Below are positions 28,398 to 43,900 of a stretch of DNA of 64,000 bases, in pieces (the stretch's first letter is position 1; the number at the start of each line of letters is the position of its first letter). A model generated the notes under the pieces. It did not search any database. It saw only the letters and a program-made list of their open reading frames with translations, and was not told where the DNA came from. A program made the translations under genes and the position numbers. Location: assembly GCA_012295275.1 (NCBI GenBank), contig CM022673.1, positions 16,492,001 to 16,556,000 of the forward strand, written 5' to 3'. Source of the stretch: Chrysomallon squamiferum. Lineage: Eukaryota > Animalia > Mollusca.

Positions 28398-28769
28398 TCT
28401 GAAGATGAATGAAAGATCAAGACCATTCATTGAGATCTGAGTTGTTTTAAACTGATTTGAAGTTGAGCTTTGTCCCCCTCAGATGTCATGCTAGATTAAA
28501 TAAATAATGAAAAGGATGATTATAGTGAATGAGGTAAAGATAATAGCCTGATCAGACTGAACTATTATTATTATTATTATTTCAGTTATTAATCTGTTAC
28601 ATTGATAATATATGTGAGTGTGTTTGTGTTTGTGATTTCTTTTGGTAAGTTACTTTGAAAATATTACGAAAATTAATTATCATCTGACATGAAATTTAGT
28701 ATTTGTAGTTATAATTATATTCTTGCTTTTATAGTTAATTTATATATATTCATTTATAATAATATTCAT

Positions 28770-28819
<50 letters not shown>

Positions 28820-28929
28820 TTTGAAACTGTAATTCCATTATCTATGACAAAGTGACATATGTGTACATGTACCATACGTATATGTATTTAGGATAATGGA
28901 TCTTTAAAAGTAAAATAAGAAATGAAATG

Positions 28930-29156
28930 AAAACGTACGTTAAACGGCGTGAAATCACAAAAACTTTCTAAATTACATCTTGTAGATGCAGATATTTGAG
29001 TCTTATTAATAGCCTAATATTAGTTTTCAATACACCGGTGTTACGTGTCAGATTAATACCCATGTCACTATGCTTCGATCTCAAGCTTTGTGCATGCGTA
29101 GTATAAATAGTGAGTGCTTAATTGAACGGAGGAAAAGACTCTTATTTTATACCAAA
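28930..29156. promoter_or_regulatory. Probable bidirectional promoter between STK16 (-) and DCTN2 (+)
   Basis: Divergent ATGs are 760 bp apart. There is a CpG-containing patch, an NRF1-like TGTGCATGCGTA at about 29089-29100 and a YY1-like AAAATGGCC over the DCTN2 ATG. A minus-strand donor-like GTACGT at about 28938 suggests an STK16 non-coding first exon. Confidence 0.55.
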
Positions 29157-32100
29157 ATGGCCGATCCAAAGTATGCAAATCTACCTGGAATTGTAAGCTT
29201 TTGAATTACTAATTTGATTGTTACATATATATTGAAATTTATTCAAAAGCAAGATTATTATGAGTTGGATGTAATGCAATGGTTACGTTTTTAAAACATT
29301 TGGAGATTTTAAAACAGACATCATCTGTGACACTGACGGGCAGCATGAGTCATTCTCATTCTGACAAGCCAGTTGTCAATTGATTTAAGTTCAGTAACAC
29401 TTATTATTGACAAATGCAGAATGCACGGTAGACTGTCAGTATGTTTGAATTTATAGATTAAATACATTCTTTAAGCAGAAGAAAACCCTTTAAATTTATC
29501 ATTCTCATTATTATTATGACATTAAATCGATATTTTACAGGATCATAATTCTCCAGATGTGTATGAAACAGATGATCTGCCTGAAGAAGACCAGCAAAAT
29601 TTAAAAAACCAGGTTTATATAACTTTTGTGTTCAGTATAAATATTAATATCTGAAAGAATACTAGTAATGGATGGGATTTATAAAAACCATACTTGTTTA
29701 AATTTTATGTTGATAAATGTATTGTTTACATGCAGTTTAATTACTACTTAATAAATAAAAGTATTCACAATTACCTCTTTCAGCAATAACTATGTATCTT
29801 TAATAATAACAATAACAATAACATGAAAACTTCAGTTAATAAAATTTAAGACATCTTCAGCAGTATCATAAACAGATTAAGAAATGACATTTATTTCAGG
29901 CATCTACAGAGGATGATGTTGTTGAAAAGATAGGTGTAGACACAAAAGCAGCATTTGATACTTTCAAGGGAAAAAGTGTGGAGTCCTCTGGTTTAGGTAT
30001 ATTTTTAATATCAAATATTTTGTTTTGAAAACATATTTTATTTGTTACCAGAAAGAAGAAATTTTAAATTAAGCTTAAAATAAAATCTTGGTGTTCTAGC
30101 AGTATTTTGCAGCTAATTTAAAATAAGTCAATATTTTTTCATTCTCCTGTCTGTAGGAAGATCTCCATAAAATATCTCTATATGCTAAGTGATAAAATTA
30201 GCTAATAAAGGGCAGATATACTCATATAGTTCCTATTATATCATCATTTATAAACTTCATATGTTTGACACAAATCAGCTGTTATTTCATTCATTCATCA
30301 TTTAAGGTATGAAATACAGTGACAGTTAACAATGTTGTTAGTTTACATTCTGTGTGTACATATTCTGCAAGCAGAAGTAAATTTGTTTTCTTTAATATAA
30401 AAAGCCATCTTCCATGTATTATTATCTGCTTGCAATTATTATTGTCATACTTTTGTCTTAACAAAGATTGGTGATTAGTTAAACATAAAATTATAACGAG
30501 ATTTATTCAGACCATACATACAACTTTATACAAGAATCAGATGAATACTTACTTGCATTGTTTGTTCAGATTTTTCAGATCGTATCAGCAAAAATCGTCG
30601 AACTGGATATGCTGTTAGTCAAGAAGAATATGAAATGGTGAGCTTTTTATATTCTTTTTTTCTTTTCTTTTCTAGTTAATTGAATTTTTACTAAATAATA
30701 TTAATATGAATATTATATATATATATATATTATAAAATTGTTATTAGACTGCTAAATATTGGTGATTTATAAACAAACATTTTTTAAAGAGATTAACACA
30801 TCCAATTCTGCTGAAGTTTTATACATTATATATAAAAGTATTACTGAAATAACATTGTTTAGGTGAAAATATATTGTGATTTTTAAATTGGTTTAACACA
30901 AATAATATCACATTCTGTATAATGTATAAAAATTCCATCATTCATTTTCAGTAAAACAATTCGACTACTAAGCTGTGAATTAAAAATAATTATCATTTAG
31001 TATTTTTAATTTTTAATTGTCAATTTATTTTTTATAAGCTGGAATATGGGTCCAGAAGTTCTGAGACTCCACAACAGAAGTATCAGCGACTTCAACATGA
31101 AATACGGGAACTGGCAGAAGAAGTTAATAAAATAAAGGTAGATTTAAAAAAAAGGAATAGGTAAATAAAATTGATCAAAAAATATAAGTACTGACATTTT
31201 AATATAATTAATTTAATGAATGAATTAATATACAGTTAATTGTTGACTTAATAAATAATTGTTTAAAGAAAATGGTATATTATTTATATATATACATTTT
31301 GAAATTTATTTTGACAAGTTTGTGCTAATCTTCCTGATAACATTACAAGCTTATGATGTGACAAAGCTGATGCTTTCTCATTAATCATGACAAACTGTTT
31401 CAAATATTACTACCCATCCTAAAAAAGATAGAAATATCAGTGTCTTTGCAAAAACTTGACAACTGGAACAAAGAAATCTTTTATAAATATATTAAATGTT
31501 AAATGTGTTTGTTCTGTTGTTTGTGCCAACTGTTAAAATATTTCCCAATTATCTTTCTGAATATTTGACTTTTATAAATGTTACTTCTATTCAAATGATT
31601 TTAATCATAATAAAATCATTTGAAAATAATTATCTTTCATATTACTGCTAAATGCCATTGAATTAAATTTTCTGAAAATGGATATGAGAAATATAATTTT
31701 TCTGTGTATATGTAGATTTCTGACTTTTGTTAATAATACAATTATACATATAATTTAAATCACCTGTCTTTCTTTTTTCCTTTGCACCACCAAATTTCAG
31801 ACTCATCTACTTTTTCCTGTATATTAAACATTGTGTATGATTTTATTTAAGGACAATATTAAGGATGAGAAATCCAGTGAGATGTTATCTCCAGTCGCCA
31901 TGGGAAAACAAGTGGAATACTTGAAACATCAGTTAGCTGACCTTCACCTTGAGAAACTATTGGGACCTGAAGTTTCTGTTGATCTTTCTGATCCTCAGGG
32001 AGCCATTAGACAGTAAGTAACAGTCAGTTTTTATTTATTTTTATTTTTTTGGTAAGCTTTGAATTTATTACAAATTTAAATAAATAAAAAAGTAATTATT

Positions 32101-35100
32101 TGACAATAAATGAGATTGTAAATAATAAAATTATTTAGTTTTTAAATGTAAAAGAAATGATAATGTATGAATAGAAATTGTTAGAAGATATTTTAATTTG
32201 ATGCATTACAAAATAAAGTAGGTAAATTTAAGACTTTTATTTATTTTTTATTCTTAGATGTTTTATATTGATAAAGATTTTTTGATTTTTTAAATTATTT
32301 ATCCAACTAGATATGAAAGAATAACAAAAAATATGAGGCATCACTGATCATTTGATTAACACTGAAAGCCAGTATTTTCATAAACATCTATTCATTTCAT
32401 TCATAAGAAATGTATTGATAATTATGAATTGTGATCAACTTTCTGGAGCATTTTTATGATTTTTACAAGTTAAAGGATGTGTGTTTCATATCATGACAGG
32501 AGATTGCTGACTCAGTTAGAATCATACAAACCATCTCAGTCAGAAAAAACAAAGGCTGTTGGGAAGGATGACCACGTTTTGTATGAACTCTATTACAAAC
32601 CAGAACAAGCACAGTTTAGTAAAAATGCTCGGGTATGTTTTCAAATTGTCTTTATGTAATCTGTTTTCACATATTTTTAAAACTGCATGATGTTACTATT
32701 TAATTAAAATACATAAAAACAAAATAAGTGCATTAGATATCAGTAATTTTATTTTAAATATTTCTTAGATTCTTATTATGTAGTGAAATAAATAATAATT
32801 TAGCAGAATTGTATTATGTATGGTATATTATGTTCAGAACAACTGGATCAAAAGAACACGTTTATCAGAAAAAGTAAATAATGATTTAATATATTTGTAA
32901 TATTGTTTTTTTTGTTAGCGTATTATTGTGCTTTTATGTATGAGTATGCTTGGTGGTACAAGAGTTTTTGTGGGTCGTATGTGAGAGACAGAGAGTGAGA
33001 GATTGAAAAAATGTTTATACTGATACACAAACAGATGGAAACATATTGTTACTTTGTATTTAAAAAAAGAAAGAAAAAAGATGGTTGAATTTTAAATATG
33101 AACAGTTTTTTTCAGATTGCCAATTTGGAGGAGAGACTTGACAGATTAACTTCTGTAGTTGGACAGAACACAGGAAAAATGGTTTGTGCAGATCAGTATT
33201 ATCTTCATAAAATTATTAGAGTTTTATAAATATCTTTTTTAAGATTCTGCATGATTATTGTAGAATTTTTCATTAATATTTGCCGTAAGCAAGGTAGTAT
33301 AATAGTAAACTAATTTTTTAGATTTTAATATGTTTGTGAAAAACAGAGAGGAAATGAAAAGTTGATGATTAGGAAAATGAAAATGATCTTAAATTAATTG
33401 GATTTGAGTAACAAAAGTATAAAAACATTTTGTTTACTAAAACAGACAAATTGATGTTTTTTTAATATATATTTTTTTGACATTTTGATTAAAGCATGAA
33501 GTTACCAGACCTGAGGTAACAAAATTTCTTAGCTGAATTAGTCATTATAAGTTGTTTTTATTTCAGAGTGTATTGACCACTGACACTGAAAACAAGAGCC
33601 TTGTAGTAAGTAAATTATAAAACATAAAATATAACACTTCTATCTCTAAATATAGTTATTTAAATTATATTATTTTGTTTTTTTGCTGTTTAAGTGAATA
33701 AAAAATATGAAAAATAGTTGATATTTTCTATAGTTTCTATTAAATAGTTATCAACACAATTTTAATAATAAACATTAAATACATATGGACAAAGCCTTGA
33801 GGTTTAAGTTAAGTTAAAGTTTGAAAATAAAGAATGTGTTCAATTTTAGTTGCATTTTTACTCACATGTGAAGTTTAGGATTAATATTCATTATTTGGAA
33901 GTTATCCCTCAACATTAATAGGTAATAATAATGAAATCAGTCTAAACTTAAACAGTAAAATGTTTGATCATTAAACAGATTTATCTGTACCACTAATTGT
34001 TAAAACTTTATTTGTATGGGTAGAGGATCCTTTTGTCTGAAATTTTGAAATCTGAAACTTTTTGTAAGCTGCTGAAATGGTGATGTCTTACAGTTTTCAG
34101 AATATTTAGCTTATATACAGACTTTACTTCTTAAATGAAATTATTAAAAACATTATATGAACAATGCTGGAGACTACCTGTGTAAGCAGTATGTGAAATA
34201 TAAATGGAATTTGTTTTAGACTTAAATCCTGTTTTCTGATTATATCATTATGTTCTGAAATCTGAAACACTTCCAGTTCCAAGCATTTCAGATAAGGGAT
34301 CCTCAACCTCTGCTGACTCTTGGATATATAGTATGTACTCAAAATATACTTGCTATCCACATCACACTTCACTTCCATTTTAAAATTTATCAAACCTGAA
34401 AACTTGATACATATTGTTGATAATAAACACATAACTCTTTGTGCAGGGGTCTATGAGTGTTTTGAACACCAAACTGTCTCTATTGGACCCAGCCAACATA
34501 GAACAGATAGAAGCTCGACTGCAGACTGTACTGCACAAACTGGGACAGATTTCTGAGAAAAAACCAGTTCAAGAAGATTCTGACAAGGATGGGAAGGTTT
34601 GTGAATTTGAATTATATGGGTATTAATTTATAGTAACATATATAAGATAATTTAAACAAAACAAGCAGGATAGGTGAAGGTGAATGATATAGGTATTAAT
34701 TTATAATAGTGTATATAAAATAATTTAGATAAAGATGTTAAGGTTCATACATTGTTACATAATAGATTTCAGTAAACAAGTGAGTAAAAATATAAATTTG
34801 AAAAGGCTGTAAATATTCTAAAATGTAACAATATATAAACTATTTTTTATAAAATGGAACAAGAGTGGGGCTTTCTTTCTGATCTACTCACTACTGCACA
34901 GGAATTTTTTTTTATATAAAAGTAAAATAATAGTAACAAGATGAAAATGTTCATTTTGCATGGTGGCAGTTAGCTGACTTTGTTAAATAATAGTTTTGTG
35001 AATTGTTTTAGATTTCAGAATTGTATGAATTGGTTAAAAAGTGGGAGGCTACTGTTGATACTCTTCCCGAAGTAGTCACCAGGTTGACAGCACTCAAAGA

Positions 35101-36085
35101 TCTTCATGAACAAGGTAAAATCAAAATATTTTTGGAATTGTATGAAACATTTGCAGTCTGTCATAAATTATGTTGTCTGTTTATAATTACAAATCTGTGA
35201 ACTGTTACTATTGATAATGTTTATACTGTTATTTCAGCTCTGCAGTTCAGTCAGTCATTGTCTCATCTAAATGTTGCCCAGCAGGAGGTAGCAAGTAGTT
35301 TACTTAGCCATGGTGACATGTTGAAACAGGTTGGTAGTACTGAGATATACTCTATAATCTAATTTTAATTATGTTTCCTGACATAAAAATCTCTTTCTTA
35401 TTGTGGCTTTAACACTAACAGTGAGATAATGAGAGATTATGCAGGAATCTTTCACTTATTAGTGACAGGAACAGTAACTCTAACAGCTTTATCTAGTTAA
35501 GATGTATTACTATTTCATCATTAACACAATTTTTTTCTTTAAATGTTTCATTGAATACTGATCTTGGTTTTGTTATTTGTATCAGGCTAATTGGTCTTGT
35601 GTAACAATTGTTATAATTTTTATTTAACCTTTTCAAGAGAAAGGTTCTTTTATTTTTAAATGTAAATTAATTATTTCAATTAAAACTCTGATATTAGTTA
35701 GTTTGCATCTTAGTATAGGATTATTCTGGAAACAGAAGGTATACTATATTTTGAATGTGTGAAGGAAATATAAATGATAGGAAATGTAAATTTTGCTAAC
35801 ATTAAAATAAATTTAAATTGGATTTTGTCTAAATTATCTTTGCTGACAAGTAACACTTCAAATATAACTTTAAAAACTCCATAATTCAGGTAGCAAAATC
35901 AGGACCAGTGCATTTGCTACATTAGTTTTATAATAAACCAAAAATTCTTGTTATTCTCAAATTGTACCTTTTTTTCTTTTTTGTTTCTTTATCAGCTGCA
36001 ACTTTCATTTCAAGAAAATGCTGCAGCCATTAAACAAAACTGTGACAGCATGGAAGCCAGAATACAGGCTCTGAAAAAATCTTGA
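29157..36085 (+). CDS. DCTN2: Dynactin subunit 2 (p50/dynamitin), 13 exons
   Basis: Exons 29157-29192, 29541-29612, 29900-29996, 30570-30637, 31039-31137, 31852-32012, 32500-32632, 33116-33181, 33567-33605, 34447-34596, 35012-35114, 35238-35329 and 35996-36085. Motifs MADPKYANLPGI..PDVYETDDLPEEDQ, DFSDRI, ETPQQKYQRLQHEIREL and LKDLHEQALQFSQ. Confidence 0.95.
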
Positions 36086-39000
36086 ATATACTTGTATCAC
36101 AATATGAGATAAAAATGTGCTTCTGTTATTTATTGCTTGTTAAAACAAGTTTTTAGTGTTTCAAAATTAATTGTAGTTATGCATCTTCATAAGCTGTGAA
36201 TTTATGTCAGTTTGGGATGGCACAACAACCCTGTTGGTGGTAGCTTTCTCTTTTTTAAAAATATGTATATTTATGTACAGTAAATAGATAAAAATGAAGA
36301 GATTTTTAAACATACAGGTTTAATTATTTAACAGTGAAAGAAAACTAGATGTGAAAAAAAAAAGAAAAAAGAAGAAACTGTAATGGTCTTGTTAGTTACT
36401 CAATATTTTAATTTAATACACAATTTATGTCATCTGACAAAGGATGTTGATTATTAAGACCAAAATAAGACTTAAGTTAAAATTAAAAATTAGGTGACAG
36501 TGATTTTTGAAATTTTTATTTAAAAGTATGTTTTGCTTTGTGACTTTTCAGATTTTTCTGTACAGTTAAGTGCTTATATTCTACAGTGCAATAAAATGAT
36601 GATAATACAACTAAACTTGTCATTTTTGTTTCCACAAATGATCTATGACAATTTTTCAGAAAGAACACTTTTTGTAAAATCTTCTTGTCTTTGTTAAATT
36701 ATCAGTTACATTTTTAGCTTTATTGATTAAAAACATTAATACTAATAAAATAAATTTGAAAAAGTGGAATTAATTCCTGGTTGAGTTATCTTCAGCTAAT
36801 TTCAACCATTTCTGCTGTTTGTTATTAATTTGAATACAAAGAATAATATCTGGTTAACACACTGAACAGAATGGATATTTATTAATAAAAGAAATCTGTT
36901 TATTTAAAGTTTTTTGAGTTACCTTTACCAATTTTGCAGCAAAATTAGTTTGTTTTTGCCAAATAAACAGGGAAAGCAAATAGGTCTTCCATTATTTTAG
37001 CAACTGGAAATAAATACATTTCAGAAAATTCGTCGATATAATAATATAAATGTATTGATCTTAATTTCACAATAAAAAAATAAAAAAATCCAGACATAAA
37101 TGATGCAATTTAAAGCAAAAATATGATAGTGAGTGAATTTTAAAATTTTAATAAAAAAAAAAAGAAAGCTGAGATGAAAGGTAAATATAAACAAAGAACA
37201 AAGAACATTTGTATTAGTAAGAGCTTTAATTACCTCATGTCGAGTATTTCACAAACACCACTACATTTGTCTATTTTCTGACAACATTCCTTCAGCCATA
37301 CATTTATTTTTAATAGATAAGGTTTCCTTAGATACTATGTTCTCTTAAACAAATGCCATTTAAATTCTTTACTTTTAAATTTCATTGTTTTCAAGGTTAC
37401 AGTAATTAGAAGTTGAGGGTATCAATGATTTTTTAATGATAATTTTAATTTCACATTCATGAAAATAATGTACTTTGCTGTAAATTAATGATGAGGGAAT
37501 AAAATAAAGTAATAATTACAAATAAGGTGTAACCAATAGGTACGTACAGGATGGGAAAATGACATTATGATAATATAAAACTTCATCATACTTAAAATAT
37601 CAATAGAACATATTGTCTAAATATAAGCATCTATATATATCTGTTAACCTGTTGTACAGCATTCACACATTCATCCTGGAACATGACAGAAACACTTGTA
37701 CTAAAAGTTTATAGCTCCACAGTACTGTCTAATGTGACAAAATCTTGTGATGTCTACAACTGATGCCAGATATTAAATGTGTTCTGGCCAGTATCTATTT
37801 ACTAACTCTACTTTTATGTGGAAGAAATCAGCTTTTAGTGAGAGTAACTTCTTCTGACAAATCCTTGTAATAAGAGACTGGTTATAAGTTTAATTACTTT
37901 AAGAATGTCATAGCCTTTAAACACATCTCTAATTCTATTATTTGAGTCTGTTCATTGATGTAGACAGATCTATTTTGTGGAGATGTTATCTTTGACTGGA
38001 AACAAATTTTAAGAACAAAAAAAATGTTCCTTGCCCTACCACCTGAAAAATAGTTTGACCTGAAAATCTTAAGATAAAAGACATTTTTTGAAGATAAAAT
38101 TTTCATTAACTACTAAAATAAAATGGAAATCAGTGCCTAGGGGTGAAAACTAAGTTCCAGGAATAATGCCCATGAAAGACTGACAAGTATTAATTTGCTT
38201 CATCTTGCATTTTAAACCCTTCCTGATAAAGTAAATAATTAAATAAATTCTAAAATACCAGTACAAACTGTATGGAAAATTTTGTTGCTAATGTCAACAA
38301 AAACAATATGAAAGACAATCTGAAGTGGAATTGAAAACGTGCTTAATAGTAATAATAAAAACAAATTAGTGTAAAAGCTTCATGATATTTTGCTTAGAAT
38401 TATAATAGTTGATCCATGAAAATGTCTTCTAACCCACTCCCAGAAAAATTTTAAAAATAAGAAATTAACACTGCAAATGTCATTTCATAAATTCTTGTAA
38501 AACTACTAAGAAAAATTATGTAAAATATAGATCTTTGGCTTTTAGAGACTACGCCAAATCTTTGTTCCACAGATGTACAATAAAATGTTACAAAGAGAAG
38601 TCGTATTGGAATAGATGTCATGTAAAAGCATATCAACAACTACAATATAATTTATACCAAAAACAAATGACAACACAGACTCTATATAAACACCACACAC
38701 AAATAAATGTTGCCAAGCACTGATATATATATTTACATCTGGTTAATCATTAATGAAAAAAGATAAATAAAAGAATGCAAAGCAGTAAAAATTAAAACTT
38801 TTAATATCGGTTGCATACAATTTTGGTCAACAAAGATATGTTTTCAGAGAATGTTAGATAACTATTTTTCTATATTTTTTTTAAATTTCAAATTAAAAAT
38901 AGGTGCAAGTTAATATATTGAAAAACAAAAAAATCCACAAATGCAAAAAATAATAATAGACATCTGAAATCTCTTGGAACAGGGATGCTTAGCTGAAATT

Positions 39001-40069
39001 TATATTTTATTTAATCTGGATAAATCCTTTAAATTTGTTCACCGTTTTAAAATACTGCAATGTTATGTCTGGATTTGTAAAGCATCTTCACAATTTGAAG
39101 TCTAATTTCAAGTCAAAACACAAACATTCCACTGAATAAGTAAATTTTTGCTAGATGGCAAAAACCGCTTTTGTTAAATTACTTAAACATGATTTAAATA
39201 TGCCATTTTCATTAGAATGGTGTAGTAAAATGTATGATTATTGTAGAAAAATTATTCAGTTACTCAGTAAGGATAATCATAGTAACATGCTTCACTTTTT
39301 ATAAAGCACAATCATGGATGTTTATATTTTTGTATTATTATACAATAACTGTATATAAATTTGTTTCACTTTAATTAAAAATTAAACTGTTTATATTTTG
39401 AAAAAAGAATGAATAATTTGCATTAAAAAAAAAAACAAAACAGATTAAGAACCTGTACATTAAATGCTTTTTTTTCTCCTTTTGTTAAAAACATTTTGTA
39501 ACAGAACAGTGCAGTGCTAACTAATGTCACAAAACACATTCTATTTTTAATACAGCTAAATGAACAATTTTATGGGGATTCTTAATAAGCCTATGATTAG
39601 TAGTCTCAAAGGGTCTCATAATAACATTGGTTTCTAAGACTAAACTGACATGTAAAAGGTGTACAAGAAATAACTAAGCTTGCTCAAAATATTTTTCTAG
39701 AATAATAAATGTATACATGTATACAAGAAACTATTAATTAGCTATAGTTAATTATAACCCCAAATTTTCTGTCATTTGCAAAGGACCACAGTAAATAAAT
39801 TTTGACCAATAAATTATTTTTCATAAAAGTAAATTCCAAAAATGATTCCAAACTTTGATCATAATTTGAAAAAAAAAAAAAAAAAAAAAAAAAGAAAACC
39901 AACAGAAAGTTGTAGACAAGTTTGATTCTAATTTTACATTTTTCAAAATTATATTTCATACCAGCTGTTGCCATGAACAGTTTCTTTATGCACACAATTA
40001 AAAAAAAGATGAGCTAAGTCTTTCTGCCTCAGTTGAGAATTCTATCTCCTAGAGTCTTCAAATCAAGGT

Positions 40070-40892
40070 TTACTTGGAAGAAACAAGTTTCTTGAGACCG
40101 GGAGTGTCAAAAGATTTGGGGCGCTCAATGGGCAGACCAAGAGCACGATCCCAGATAAGTGATGCAAGGACACCTAGAGCTCTTGACACACCAAACATCA
40201 CAGTGTAGTAGTTCATCTCAGTTAAACCATAGTACTGAAATACAATTTTTTATTTATTTATATATCATTACAGTATCAGTTTTTTTTAAACACTAAATAA
40301 CTTATAAATTATTAAAATATCAGGGTTTCTTTTAACTAAATATCTAGTTAAACCAAGGAATTTTATAATACTGGCATTAAAAACCTCACTGACAGAAGGA
40401 AAAAGGTCACTGAGAAGAAAGCTGACTGTATTAGTGATTAAATAAATCGGATTATTGTTTTACCAATCCTTAAAAAATGGACAGAACTTTTGCTATACCT
40501 CAATAGAAAATTTGAGAGAAATATAGACTCCAAAGGTGCCGAATCCACACACTAGTCATGATATTTTTATTTATCCATAATCATTCAGTAATATTAAAAA
40601 TCCCATCAATTTTTCTACAGCAACTGGCTATCATTTTGTTAATACCAGGCAAGGAAAATAACAAGGTATTAAAGAGCATAATTAAGCCTGAACTTTGAAA
40701 TGCTGCAATAACTATGAGTGCTACACTTTTAGTAATTAACTGTTTGAAAGTATGAAATATTTCAAGAGGTTTAAATAATTCAAATTTTGATAATCATTAC
40801 ATCATTCAAAATTACATACTAATTTCCAGAAAGTAATTTTTTGCTGAAATTACAAATACATAAAGAATAATCATTCCCGTAAGAAAAAAATA

Positions 40893-40937
<45 letters not shown>

Positions 40938-43900
40938 TAAATTTGAAAGACAATATTTTAAACATGGGCTATCTGAACACAGCTGGAGATGAAATACCTG
41001 TAGAAGTACACCACTGTGAGCATCAACATTTGGCCAAGGATTCTTAGCTTTGCCCTGTTCAATCAAGATGTCAGGCACCACCTTGTAGACCTGTGACACC
41101 AGCTTGAACATTGGATCATTTAGGCAGGTGTTTCAGAGCAAATTCTCTCTGGCAGGTGTATCGGGGGTCAGTCTTCCTCAAAACAGCATGCCCATAGCCT
41201 GGGACAACCTTCAAACAAACACAGCATTAAAAGTCAAAATTAATGAATATATTTTTTAAAGCACTGATTAATTCAAGTTTTTAAGAATCCCAAAATTAAA
41301 ATTTACAATTCAAGTGGAAAATAAACATTTAAAATATTTTAATTCTCGGACATTTTTTTCAGCATTTTCTTATTTTAAAAACTGAAGGGTTTTAAAAGGG
41401 TTTTAGTGCTGGTACAAGAAAAAGCAGGAATCAAATCACTCTTCTTGTGTAAACATACATACACACTGAAAACAAAATACTAAAAAGAAAAAAAAAAAAA
41501 TGAAAAACATGAGAATTTATTTATTACAATATTCCAAATGAAAAATAAAACTGATACAAACAGTAGTAAGGATTTAAAAACTGACCTGTCCAGATTTGAG
41601 AGTATTCCAGATGAAATCTCTCAGTTGGTCATCAGACACTTCACCACCCAGTTCTTTCTGCAGTTTAGTCAGCCAGAGCAACACCTCCTGTTAATGATAA
41701 CCACAATAGTAATGATAATACTGATTTGTCACTAAAGCTAAAATAAAATACCTGTGTGTACCATAGTTCATATGGCCAGTTATAAGGAAATTTGCATCAC
41801 TTCCATTAAAACTACCTTAGCTATGCATAAAATACTTAATTTATACATATAATTAGTGTACCATCTCTACCTTTTATTGAAATGAGTCATATATATAATT
41901 TCAAACTTATAATTATTTTAAAATAACTGAGGAATATATAAAAAAATAAAATAAAGATTTACAATATTCATGACTTCTTTAAACAAAATACTAGTCTTCT
42001 AATTAACAGTTAAAGAAATATGCTCTGCTTATACAATACGTATCAAATAGCTAATAAAAATACTATTCACAAAAGCTTACATTTTAGAGGATTTAATGTG
42101 TTTTAACATGTAACACAAACATTCAGCCCCTGCAGATTGCAAGATATTTTACAAATGGTACATGCTGTTTAACAGGTTACATTTGACCAAGCATTAATAT
42201 AAGTTTTATACATAATGGTCAAACAAAATGGGAAGGTCACTTAAATGTGACCCATTTGTGCAGTCAGTTGTGGTTTTCAACTCACACCAATTTGACGGAT
42301 TTTATGGTTGAATCTGGAGAAAATAGTATTCAGCTTGTGCTACTAAAGGGTCACACAAATAGTTAATCTCACAATTCTGCATTTTTTATTCTAGTGCATT
42401 AATATGAAATATAACAGGCCTATGTATATCTCCAAATATTTAGACAAGATTTTCACTTTTAAATATATTTTTTTTCAAAAAAAATAGGTTTATTTATTAT
42501 ATGTTAGAGAAAGTAGCATACAATTCTATAACGTATGAATAATACTCCATGAAGAGAAAAAAAACATTTGACTAGATTTTAACTCATCTCCACATAACAA
42601 AACATTTGAATTTTTTTTTAGTAAAATACAAAAGCTATACTGAAATCAATTATTTGACACCCAGTAACAATTTATTTTAAATGTTTAATGTTAGTTCTGA
42701 ACAAAAATAATGTAATGTTTAATAATAAATTGTACCTGATTGGCCAGTCCATGGAGTGGTCCAGCTAACCCATTCATTCCAGCAGCAAAACTGAGGTATG
42801 GATCAGAAAGAGCACTGCCCACCAAGTGAGTGGTATGAGCACTGACATTGCCTCCTTCATGGTCACTGTAACAACATGAAAGTAACTAATAAACAAGTGT
42901 GGAGAGATACGTCTGAGGTGTCTGTGTGGATGTTTGAAGAGCACCAAAAGCCACCAAAACCAAACACTAACAAATAGAGCACCTAAAATGGTCACAGAAT
43001 GGGCTAATATCATAGTCAAGCTCAGAATATCTTCATACTGAATATGTTAAATTATTTATTTATTAAAAATGATATTAATGGGGGACATGATATATATAGG
43101 TGTGCAGATACACACACAGTGAAAATATCTGACAATCATTATTACATAAATTTATAGTACTTACAATGTTTTTATGAATTATGAAAATTATTCTGTTAAA
43201 TGAGTTATATAGTTTTGTAAAATAAAAATGTGCTTCTATATGAACTGCTTCTAATACATACTCTTGGAATAAACAAATACTGAAAAACAACTACACTGAA
43301 CTGTGTATTTTTAAATACACTTAATCCTTCAGTTCACAACATAAGTTACATTGCAAAATACACCATGATTATTATAATAAATGTAAGGATATGTGCACTG
43401 GAAAATTGCCATAATGTTTTATTCTGGATACTGTAAAATTAAAGTTGGTATTGTTAAGTTTTTTTTATTAATGACATTACTTATGCAAAAGAAAGAAAAA
43501 TGGCAGCATCCTTGAAACAATGTACTGGCAAAGTTATTAACATAATCTGCTTTGAGCCAAGACTGTTCTTCATAATTAAATCTATCACAGGTACAGGCTA
43601 TAAATTATTTTATGTGTATTTTTAATTAGTTATGCAAGCTCTGCATTGCGAGATAGATTACCTGTGTATTGTCAAATACAGTCTCAACAGTTCAATAAAC
43701 TCAGGGTTGTCAAAACCCATCATTGAGGCATAGTTCCAGCTCCAGTCTTTAGCCGTGTCAATGGGACATGGAGTGCCACCGTCTGTGATGTTGCGGTAAA
43801 TGATTGCTGCAACAGTTGGCAGTTTTGCTATTAAATCCATGGAGTCTTCGTACACATACTGCCAAGAAAGTTAACTACAGGTGTAAATACTTTGTGTGTT

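Noticed and set aside
40058-40072. Stop-codon readthrough giving a peroxisomal CS isoform
   Set aside because: TAA-A is a poor readthrough context, and the extension (TLI*) is not a PTS1.
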